Below are positions 53,501-64,000 of a stretch of 64,000 bases of DNA, piece after piece. Below the pieces are notes generated by a model. That model made no database searches. It saw only the letters and a list, made by a program, of their open reading frames with translations, and was not told the origin of the DNA. Made by a program: the position numbers and the translations under genes. Positions within the stretch are counted from its first letter, which is position 1. Each line of letters starts with the position of its first letter. Where the stretch lies: positions 72,046,001 through 72,110,000 of the forward strand of contig OZ076409.1 of the NCBI GenBank assembly GCA_964187785.1, given 5' to 3'. This DNA is from Amphiscolops sp. MND2022 (Eukaryota).

Positions 53501-55308
53501 TTGCCGTATAAGAATAGCACAGAAAACTATCATATACCGATCAACTCTACTCCCATTGTAGATAATTAGAATTTTATTTTGAATGATTTTTGATGGTTAT
53601 TAAAAAATTTTGAGCCCCCCAAAAGCGGGCCAAAATTACACGAAAAAATTGACCTTAAAATTTTAAAATGTCAAATAATCATCGAAACCAGAGCTTCTTG
53701 GGGTTCTATCCACTCCACATGGCCCACAGAGTATGCCAAACCAGGTTTTGCGCGTTTTTGAGCAATATTTGAGAAAGCCGAGTTTTTTGGGGAAGAAAAA
53801 CATAACATTTCCTAATAAAATTCAAATGCACGCCATTTGGCGTATGACAATAGCACAGAAAACTATCACATACTAATCAACTCTACTCTCTTTGTAGATC
53901 ACCAGAGTTTTGCTTAGAATAAATTTTGATGAATATTTGTAAATTTTAAACCCTCCTAATATGGGCCAAAATCACACGGAAAAATTGACCGTAAGGTATT
54001 AAAATGTCAGAAATTCATCAAAACCACAGCTTCTTGGGGTTCTATCATTTCTATATGACTTTCAGAGTATACCAAACAAGGTATTAACATTGGGCGATAA
54101 TTAAAAACACCAATTTTATTTTAGAAGAAAACCATAATAAGTTCAATATAAGAAGTGAATCATTCCATATATATACCCTGTCTTATATTTTAAATTAGCG
54201 ATAATATATATACTTGATGTTTTTTGAAAGTGAGCTTCATAAGTGGTTGAGATGTGATAATACGTAAATGGATTCCAAGTTTCATCGAAATGTCAATGGA
54301 ATACGTCCAATCAACTTCAATCTTAACAATTAGATAACAAAAAACCTAAGTACATTCCATCTCCCCATCGGGGAGATGAGAATGTACTTTTCAAAAACCA
54401 AAAACTTAGATGTTTTTTTTTGTAACACTTACTGTAACTGCTGAAATGATGAAAGAATAATTATGCTTCTAATAACTCCATGATTTTTTGCTTCAGCATT
54501 TTTTTTGCAGAACAAAACCATCAGACATATTTTTCGCAGTTAAGTTCGATCGTATTACCCAGTGAACAAAGGTATGGAAGGATGTTTACAAGTTGTTTCA
54601 AAACTTTCCCGCCTTCCAAAATAATGAAACGTCTACACAACCAAGATAGCAAATGAATGAATGCGGAATGCATCTTATTAGATAAGATAAATAACGTGTA
54701 GAACTTACCTTTATCTGAAGTTGACGTTGATTTATGATCTTTAGAGGATAGTTTGATTTTTGACCATAATAGTGGGAAACTAATTATTATATGAATGATG
54801 GCGTGGAAAGCGTTCAGAAATTGTAGTATTTTGGATTCGAGCATGTATGCGTGGGTTCCTTTGGTGGCGTTAGCTTAGTGTACATGATGGAAGTTTTCGA
54901 TCTGTTATGATTAATTTTACTCACGAGTCTTTGTTTTTCCTATTTTTTTGCCATTAAGTACATTCATTCTATCCCCTTTTCTGAGAATGTACGTTTGTCA
55001 AATGACTGTCATCCAAATTTTGCATTCCCGAAGAGTTTAAATACATAACACGTGTTTAGCGTTTCCAAATCACAACCGAGTAACATTCTATTTTTTTTTC
55101 TCAAAATTGATAATGGTTTTGATTTTGGTGTCTTCTACTTTCATCATCCATCATAACAACCACCTTACCATGTCTCTCGCTTGTCTTCATTTTACAACGC
55201 CACATAGTGTAGCGACGCCCACAGTCTGTGGGCATGCCGAGGCATGCCCTTCGACGACGTATGCCAAATTTAGCGTTAGCCCGCGGTCACTACCGCGGTA
55301 GCAGCTAG
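50560..55308 (+). mobile_element. Unit 21, family BL (subtype 3), 4749 bp
   Basis: Bounded by GCTAGGTG; same layout as units 3 and 12 but diverged; H2 54349-54388. Confidence 0.75.
52794..54120 (+). repeat. ~336-bp tandem repeat block in unit 21 (end approximate)
   Basis: Same repeat family as 5096-6430. Confidence 0.85.
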
Positions 55309-57292
55309 GTGGGCGGGGGTAATTCCCCAACAAAAATTACGGCCGGCGGGTTGGGTCCTGCCGGACGTCAAATAGCAAAGAATATCTAGTAGGAAACGGC
55401 GACACAGAATCGCGATTTTTAAATCTAACCACAATTTTTTGGACTTGGAGTGCATGCGGCCCTGAAATGCCCATACGAATCGAAGTTCCTGCTGACGTTA
55501 AGCGATTGAAATAATATATAAAAAGTTATGGCCCATTTTTCACTCACATAGAAGGGTAAAATGAGGAAATTTTTAACAAAGTCGTTGATAACTCAAAATG
55601 TGTTAATTTTTGGACATTGACTGTGAAACAAGCTTGGAACCTTCATTTCGTGGCTGTGGCATTGCACTGAACACAAAACATGTAAAGTTTTTACATTTTT
55701 TGAAAATTCGACATTTTTGAAATTTTTTTCACTACTATCAGTACCCCATATGTCAAAAACGCCTCAGAAAATAATTTTTATTTGCTTTAAATTGGAAACC
55801 TTGGTATCCATGGTTTCTGTCGGAACCTACTCGCAGCCAAACACCCAACAGTTTGCATCCAATGTGAAAATAAAAATTTTTTCGGGGTCATAAGCGTTTC
55901 ACAAGGATTTCTCAACTTAGTATTAATTTACAAAATGGTCATTTTGAACACAATATTTTCATCGAGGCTTGTCGGCTATAGCCTTAATGTTCTAGAACGG
56001 TCCCACTGGCAACGTAGGAACCATTTATAGTAATAGCAAGTTTTAAAAAAATATTTTCACCCGGTCTTCAGTCATTTTTCAGTCATTCGGAACTTAACTT
56101 AGAAAAATTTCGACCAAAATACCCATTTTTTGTCAGGTCGAAAAATCAAATTCACATTTTTAAGCAAAATTATTAACTCTGACGTAACCCATGGGGCCCA
56201 TAATACTCAAAACAACGATTGACACTGGTATCAATGGCTCCAATAACATATGAGTCGCGATAAGACGTTATTTTGAGCAATACGTCTCAATTGAGGTAAA
56301 GATCTCGCAAGCCAGCGATCACTGCGAAATGTGATTTCATCAAAAATTTACTCATTTTTGTCAATCACTATGTGCAGAGAATAAGTAGGGTGCGTTTCAG
56401 CACTATAATGAGGTTTTTGAAGGCATCGAGTTGCTCAAGGGGTGGTATGAGACATTTTTGTCCCATATACTACTGTATTTTCCAAAATTTTTAGCCCTAT
56501 ATCTGGAAATACAAACTTGACAAAAAACTTTCAAATACTTTATTCAAAGGTTACAATATAGATGAACACTGTGGTTGATCAGAAACTTTCATCTCTTTCG
56601 TTTTCCGAAATATTTCCCTTCGCATGTGTTACATTTGTAGCAGAAAAAAAATCGATACTGAAAAATACGCTATTTTGCTAATATAGAATCGCAATGATTG
56701 TGCCTAAAAACTATTTAAACACTTCTAACGCAACCTTACGCACCCAAAATGATGGAAAATGCTATTCACAATGGTGACATGTGCTCTTTCAACGATCCTG
56801 GTTGAACAATTTTCGCAAATTATTCAAGTACCTGTTAACAGAATCTCGTGATAGCCTTTTAAGTTGGCCTTGTGTCAACTTGGGAAGGCTATCACATCAA
56901 AAAATTTGCAACAAAAATACATTTTGTTTATTGGAAATGACAGTCGATGTATAATTTTGTGATTCTATACTACCGTTAGTACCTTCCATTAAGTCACCTG
57001 ACGATTGCATTCAGTCTTTGATAAATACCTATGAACTCGAAGTCATATTTATAAATTTTGTGCTAAAAATAAACATAAAAATTATCCAAATTATTTAAAA
57101 TTGAGTCTTTACCGTTTTTGTTTTTCTTTTTCTACTGTTATTAGGCCCATCAACTTCCTACAGCCACGCTCTCAGTCATACCGTACAACGCCACATAGTG
57201 TTGCGACGTGCACAGTCTGTGGGCATGCCGAGGCATGCCCTTCGACGACGTATGCCGAATACCGCGGGCCTACGCCCGCGCTCCCCGGCTAG
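55309..57292 (+). mobile_element. Unit 22, family BS, 1984 bp
   Basis: Bounded by GCTAGGTG; homologous to units 11 and 16. Confidence 0.75.
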
Positions 57293-59285
57293 GTGGGCGG
57301 GGGTAATTCCCCAACAAAAAAATCGGCCGGCGGGTCGGGTCCTGCCGGCCGTCCAAAATCAAAATCCTCCTAGTAGAAAACGGCATGTCAAACGAGCTAT
57401 TTTTTTATTTAACCATACGAATTTCACCATTTTTTGCATGCGGCCCTGAAATGGCCATACGAGACGAAGTTCCTGCTGACGTTTTGCGATGTAAATGTTT
57501 TATAAAAAGTTATGGCCGATTTGTCATTCACCTAGAAGGGTAAAATGAGGAAAATTTTAACAAAGTCGCTGATAACTCAAAATGTGTTAATTTTTGGACT
57601 TTGACTGTGAAACAAGCTTGGAACATTCATTTCGTGGCTGTGGCATTGCATTGAACACAAAAGATGTAAGGTTTTTACATTTTTTGAAAATTCGACATTT
57701 TTGAAAATTTTTTCACTACTATCAGTACCCCATATGTCAAAAACACCTCAGAAAAAAATTTTTATTTGCTTTAAATTGAAAACCTTGGTAGCCATGGTTT
57801 CTGTCGGAACATACTCGCTGCCAAACACCCAACAGTTTGCATCCAGTGTGAATTTAAAAATTTTTTCGAGGTCTTAGGTGTTTCACAAGGATTTCTCAAC
57901 TTAGTATCAAATTACAAATTGGTCATTTTGAACACATTATTTTCATCGAAGCGTGTCAGATACCGCCCTAATGCTCACGAACGGGCCTACTGGCAACGTT
58001 GGAACAATTTATCGTAATAGAAAGTTTTAAAAAAAATTTTTCGCCCGGTCTTCAGTCATTTTTCACACATTCGGAACTTAACTTAGAAAAATTTCAACCG
58101 AAAAACCCATTTTTTGTCAGGTCGAAAATTCAAAGTCAGCTTTTTAAGCAAAATTATCAACTCTGACGTAACCAGTGGGGCCCATGATACTCAATACAAC
58201 GATTGGGGTTGGTACCAATGGCTCCAATAACATATGAGTCGCGATAAGACGTTATTTTGAGCAATATGTCTCAATTGAGTTAAAGATCTCGCCAACCAGT
58301 GATCACTGTGAAATGTAAATTCATTAAAAATTTACTCATTTTCGTCAATCACCATGTGCACAGAGTGCGTAGGGTGAGTTCCAGCACTATAATGAGGTTT
58401 TTGAAGGCATCGGGTTGCTCAAGGGGTGGTATGAGACATTTTTTTCCTATATACTACTGTATTTTCCAAAAGTTTTAGCCCATTATCTGGAAAAACTAAC
58501 TTGACAAAATACTTTCAACAACTTTACTCAAAGGTTACAATGTAGATGAACCCAGTGGTTGATCAAAAATTTTCATCTCTTTCGGTTTCCGAAATAATTC
58601 CCTTCGAATGTGTTACATTTGTAGCAGGAAAAAAAACCGAAACTAAAAAATTCGCGATTTTGCTGAGATAGAATCGCAATGGTTGCCCCTAAAATCTCTT
58701 TAAATACTTCTAACGCGACCTTATGGACCCAAAATGATTGAAAATGCCATTCACAATGCTGACATGTGCTCTTTCGACGATCCTGGCTAGACAAGTTTTG
58801 CATATTTTTCAAGTACCTGTTAACTGAATTTTGTGATAGCCTTTTAAGTTGGCCTTGTGTCAACTTGGGAAGGCTATCACATCAAAAAACTTTCATCAAA
58901 AATACTTTTTGTTTATACAATAATGTAGTCGATAGTTATTTTCGTGATTTTACACTACCGTTAGTACCTTCCGCCAGGTCAGCTGACGATTGCATGCTGT
59001 CTTTGATAAAAACGTATGAACACCAAGAAAATTTTGTTGTATTTTTGTTGAAGAAAAGTATTAATAAATAATAAAAATATAATTCTAACCTTAAACAACT
59101 ATAAATTTGCTTAACCGTTATTAGTCCTACCACCTATCATCAGCCTATGCCATGGCCCGGTGATTAGTAGTACAACGCCACATAAAGTAGCGACGCCCAC
59201 AGTCTGTGGGCATGCCGAGGCATGCCCTTCGACGACGTATGGCAATTTTAGCGTAGCCCGCGGTCACTACCGCGGTAGCAGCTAG
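57293..59285 (+). mobile_element. Unit 23, family BS, 1993 bp
   Basis: Bounded by GCTAGGTG; homologous to unit 10. Confidence 0.75.
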
Positions 59286-62200
59286 GTGGGCGGGGGTAAT
59301 TCCCCAACTAAAAAATCGGCCGTCGGGTAGGGTCCTGCCGGCCGTCCAAAATCAAAAATATACTAGTAGAAAACGGCCGGTCAAACGAGCTATTTTTTTA
59401 TTTAACCGTTAGAATTTGGGTTTAGATTGCATGCGGCCATGAAATGGCCATACGAATCGAAGTTCCTGCTGACGTTTTGCGATTGAAACACTTTATAAAA
59501 AGTTATGGCCAATTTGTCAGTCACCTAGAAGGGCAAAATGAGGAAAATTTTAACAAAGTCGCTGATAACTCAAAATGTGTTATTTTTTGGACTTTGACTG
59601 TGAAACAAGCTTGGAACCTTCATTTCGTGGCTGTGGCATTGCACTGAACGCAAAAGATGTAAAGTTTTTACATTTTTTGAAAATTTGACATTTTTGAAAT
59701 TTTTTTCACTACTATCAGTACCATATATGTCAAAAACACCTCAGAAAAAAAATTTTATTTGCTTTAACTTGGAAACCTTGGTATCCATGGTTTCTGTCGG
59801 AACCTACTCGCAACCAAACAACCAACAGTTTGCATCCAATGTGAAAATAAAAAATTTTTCTGGGTCATAAGCGTTTCACAAGGATTTCTCAACTTAGTAT
59901 TAATTTACAAAATGGTCATTTTGAACACAATATTTTCATCGAGGCTTGTCGGCTATAGCCTTAATGTTCTAGAACGGTCCCACTGGCAACGTAGGAACAA
60001 TTTATAGTAATAGAAAGTTTAAAAAATATATTATCACCCTGTCTTCAGCCATTTTTCTGTCATTCGGAACTTAACTTAGAAAAATTTCGACCAAAATACC
60101 CATTTTTTGACAGATCGAAAATTCAAATTCAACTTTTTAAGCAAAATTATTAACTCTGACGTAACCAGTGGGGCTCATGATACTCAAAAACACGATTGGG
60201 ACTGGTACCAATGGCTCCAATATCATATGAGCCGCGATAAGACGTTATTTTGAGCAATACGTCTCAATTGAGGGAAACATCTCGCAAGCCTGGGATCACA
60301 GTTAAAAGTGATTTCGTCAAAAATTTACTCTTTTTCGTCAATCACTATGTACACAGAGTGCGTAGGGTGAGTTTCAGCACTATAATGCGGTTTTTGAAGG
60401 AATCGGTCTGCTCAAGGGGTGGTATGAGACATTTTTTTTGCATGTAGTACTTTATTTCTCAAAACTTTTAGCCCATTATCTCGAAAAGCTCACTTCGCAA
60501 ATTACTTTCAGTTACTCTATTCGAAGCTTAGAATATATATGAACACTGTGGTTGATCAGAAACTCTTGACTATTTTGTTTTTGGAAAAAAACTGCCTTGC
60601 ATGTGTTACATTAGTGGCAGGAAAAATACCAGTAGCTCCAAAAATCACAATTTTGGACGGACAGACCTGCAATGATGCAAAGCAAAAACGTTTCAACAAC
60701 TTCTGGCGCCACTTTTTTTACCCAAGAGGTTCGAAATTACTATTAACAATGCTGACATTCGCTATAAATAAGATCGAGGTCAATTTACTAACACTTAGGT
60801 TATACATTTATATCTGAGAAACCATTCTTTGTCAGGTCGCAATTTTAAATTTAGTTTGGGAAGCAATACTTTTCACTCTGAAGCAAACCGTTGGGCCCAA
60901 ATTACTCAAAAACTACAAAAAGACTGTCACCATATGCCCTAATAGCATATGAGATTCGACCGTTCGTTTTTAACACAAAAACTCTCATCCGAAGTAAACA
61001 TGTTGAAAGCCTTGAATCACCGTGAGAAATGATTTCATCAAAATATATTCCTTTTTCGTCAATCTTTATCTACACAGAACACGTTGTGTCATTTTCAGCC
61101 GTGAAATGAGCTTCTACCGTAATATGGGTTGCTCAAGGTGTTGTATAAGACAAAAACTTCCTCTTTTCTACTATCTTCTTCAAATATTTCAACCCTTTGT
61201 CACAAGAAGTTAAAATTCAAAATCTCTTTGAAATGTTTCTTTAGGTTGGGGTGAAGTGTTAGAACAATAATTATGATCGAAGAATGATAGTATTGGTGTT
61301 TGGACCATGTCCGGATGAACAAATTGCAAAATCATGAAAAATTTCTTACCATTTTTGGTCATTTTGTCAGTACTAAAAATGTTAGCTGAAAAAGAATTTT
61401 TTTGATGGCACCATTGGATTCCTCTCAAAAAGTTAGCTATATGAACTGTGTAATAACCCCGTATCTTTTCAATTTAAATAATTTTAAAAAGCAAACTTTT
61501 TTGACTAAAATCCTAAAAATCATACCATTTCCTAAAAAATTTCAAATGCCCCCCATTTGACGTATAAGAATAGCACAGAAAACTATCACATACTGATCGA
61601 CTCTACTTCCATTGTAGATTACCAGAATTTTGTTTAGAACAATTTTTGACGGATGCAAAAAAAATTTAAACCCTCCAAAAAAGGGCCAAAATTACACGAA
61701 AAAATTGACCTTAAAATTTTAAAATGTCGAAAAATCATCAAAACCACAGCTTCTTGGGGTTCTATCAACTCCACGTGGTCCACAGAGTATGTTAAAACAA
61801 GTTTTACCCGTATTTGAGCAATATGTGAAAAAGCCGACTTTTTTGGGAATGAAAAACATACCATTTCCTAAAAAATTTCAAACGCACCCCATTTGACGTA
61901 TAAGAATAGCACAGAAAACTATCACATACCGATCGACTCTACTTCCATTGTAGGTTACCAGAATCTTGTTTAGAACAATTGTTGACGGATGCAAAAAAAA
62001 ATTAAACCCTCCAAAAATGGGCCAAAATTACACGAAAAAATTGACCTTAAATTTTTAAAATGTCAAAAAATCATCAAAACCACAGCTTCTTGGGGTTCTA
62101 TCAACTCCACGTGGTCCACAGAGTATGCTAAAACAGGTTTTACCTGTTTCTGAGCTATATGTGAAAAAACCGACATTTTGGGGAAGAAAAACATACCATT

Positions 62201-64000
62201 TCCTAAAAAATTTCAAATGCACGCCATTTGCCGTATGAGAATAGCACAGAAAACTATCACATACCGATCAACTCTACTTCTATTGTAGATTATCAGATTT
62301 TTGTTTAGAACAAATTTTTATGGATATAAAAAATTTTTAAACCCTCCAAAAATGAGCCAAAATAACACGAAAAAATGGACCCTAAATTTTTAAAATGTCA
62401 AAAAATTATCCAAACCACAGCTTCTTGGGGTTCTATCAGCTCCACGTGGTCCACAGAGTATGCTAAAACAGGTTTTGCCCGTTTTTGAGCAGTATATGAA
62501 AAAGCCGACATTTTTGGGGAAGAAAAACATACCATTTCCTAAATAATTTCAAATGCAGGCAATTTGCCGTATGAGAGTAGCACAGAAAACTATCACACAC
62601 CGATCAACTCTACTTCTTTTGTAGATTATCAGAATTATGTTTAGAGTAAAGTTTTATGGATATGAAAAATTTTTATACCCTCCAAAAATGGGCCAAAATG
62701 ACACGAAAAAATTGACCTCAAATTTTTAAAATGTCAAAAAATTATCCAAACCACAGCGTCTTGGCGTTCTATCAACTCCAAATGACCTTCAGAGTATACC
62801 AAACCAGGTATTGCCAATCTTTTGAGCAATATTTAAAAACACCGACTATTTGGCAAGAACCCCATAATATGTTCCATAAAAGAAGTGAATCATTCCACAT
62901 ATATACCCGGTCTAATATTTCCAAATTAGCGATAACATTTATACATGATGGTTTTTGAAAGTGAGCTTCATAAGAGGTTGAGATGTAATAATACGTAAAT
63001 GGACCCTAAGTTTCATTGAAATCTCAATGGAATACGTCCAATCAACTTCAATCCTAACTATTATATAACAAAAAACACTTGAGTACATTCCATCTCCCCA
63101 TCGGGGGAGATGAGAATGTACTTTTCAAAAGCCAAAAACTTCGAATTTTAAATCTTTTGTAACATTGTATGTAACTGTTGAAACGATGAACGAATAAAAA
63201 TGCTTCTAGTACCTTCATCAATTTTTGCTTCAGCTCCTATTTCTGCAGAACAAAACCAAAAGACACACTTACAGCAGTTAAGTTCGATTGTATAACTCAG
63301 TGAATAAAGGTATGACTGAGGAAGTTCACAAGTTGTTTCAAAAGTTTCCGGCCTTCCAAAATCATGAAACGTCCACACAACCAAGATAGCAAGTGAAAGA
63401 ATGCTGAATGCACCTTATTAGATGAGATAAATAATGTGTGGAACTTGCCATTATCTCAAGATGACGTTGATTTATGATCTTTTAAGGATAGTTCGATATG
63501 TGACCACAATAGTGGAAAACTTATTACTATTTGAAGAACACCGTGGAAAGCGTTCAGAAAGGACAGTATATTTGTTTCGAGCATGCATGCGTGTGTTCCT
63601 TTGGTGACGTTAGCTTAGTGTACATGACGGAGGTATTCGAGAGATTATGATAGAGTTTACTCACAAGTCTTTGTTTTTTTAAACTTTCTATGCCGTTGAG
63701 TACATTCGTAAGGTACATCCATCCCCTTCTCTGGGAATGTACGTTTGCCAAATGACTGTCATCCAAAATTCGTAATCCGGACGAGTTTAACTACATAAAC
63801 ATGTGATGAGCGTTTTCAATTCACAACCGAATAACATTTTTTTTCTCGAAAATGATGATGGTTTTGATTTTGATGTCTTCTACTTTTATCATCATGCAAA
63901 CGACCTTACCATGTCTCTCTTCTGTCGTGATTTGTACAACGCCACATAGCGTTCCGACGCCCACCGTCTGTGGGCATGCCGAGGCATGCCCTTCGACGAC
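59286..64000 (+). mobile_element. Unit 24, family BL (subtype 1), truncated by the window end
   Basis: Near-identical to unit 3; H2 63082-63122; palindrome 63972-63991; junction expected about 50 bp past the window. Confidence 0.75.
61521..62850 (+). repeat. ~336-bp tandem repeat block in unit 24 (end approximate)
   Basis: Same repeat family as 5096-6430. Confidence 0.85.

Noticed and set aside
612..63766. Recurrent short ORFs (60-153 aa), e.g. those containing GMPRHALRRR or VVEGHASACPQT
   Set aside because: They recur only because the DNA is repeated; they cross unit junctions, occur on both strands and in different frames, are broken by stops and frameshifts between copies, and resemble no protein I recognise
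1..64000. Bacterial integron cassette array
   Set aside because: No cassette ORFs, no intI and no RYYYAAC...GTTRRRY attC boundaries; only the organisation is analogous
1..64000. Ordinary satellite DNA or higher-order repeat
   Set aside because: Several dissimilar unit families in non-periodic order with precise shared junctions and conserved structural signals
1..64000. Concatenated kinetoplast minicircles
   Set aside because: The universal GGGGTTGGTGTA block was not seen
2862..64000. Assembly artefact from duplicated reads
   Set aside because: Even the closest copies (units 3, 19, 24) differ by scattered substitutions and junctions are base-precise; not fully excluded without raw long reads

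Overview
The whole 64-kb window is essentially non-coding, AT-rich DNA that looks eukaryotic (probably animal; inference). It is a gap-free head-to-tail array of 24 modules (22 complete, 2 cut by the window edges), all in the same orientation and joined at 23 junctions that share the invariant 8-mer GCTAGGTG. The modules belong to several internal families (my labels: A, AL, BS, BL, D), fall into tight size classes (about 1.98, 2.79, 4.76 and 1.28 kb) and occur in non-periodic order. All share one cis-element set: a left-end hairpin with a TAGGGT-type loop and co-varying stem, one internal 18-19-bp hairpin with a bulged base, and a right end carrying spaced CAACG/CGACG motifs, a 20-bp palindrome matching the p53-family response-element consensus, and often a GC-rich hairpin just before CTAG. 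The best reading is an array of non-autonomous, site-specifically stacking mobile cassettes (Helitron-like rolling-circle or recombinase/circle based). No mobilising enzyme gene, convincing CDS or RNA gene is visible. Unit boundaries are drawn after CTAG by convention; the true crossover could lie anywhere within GCTAGGTG.
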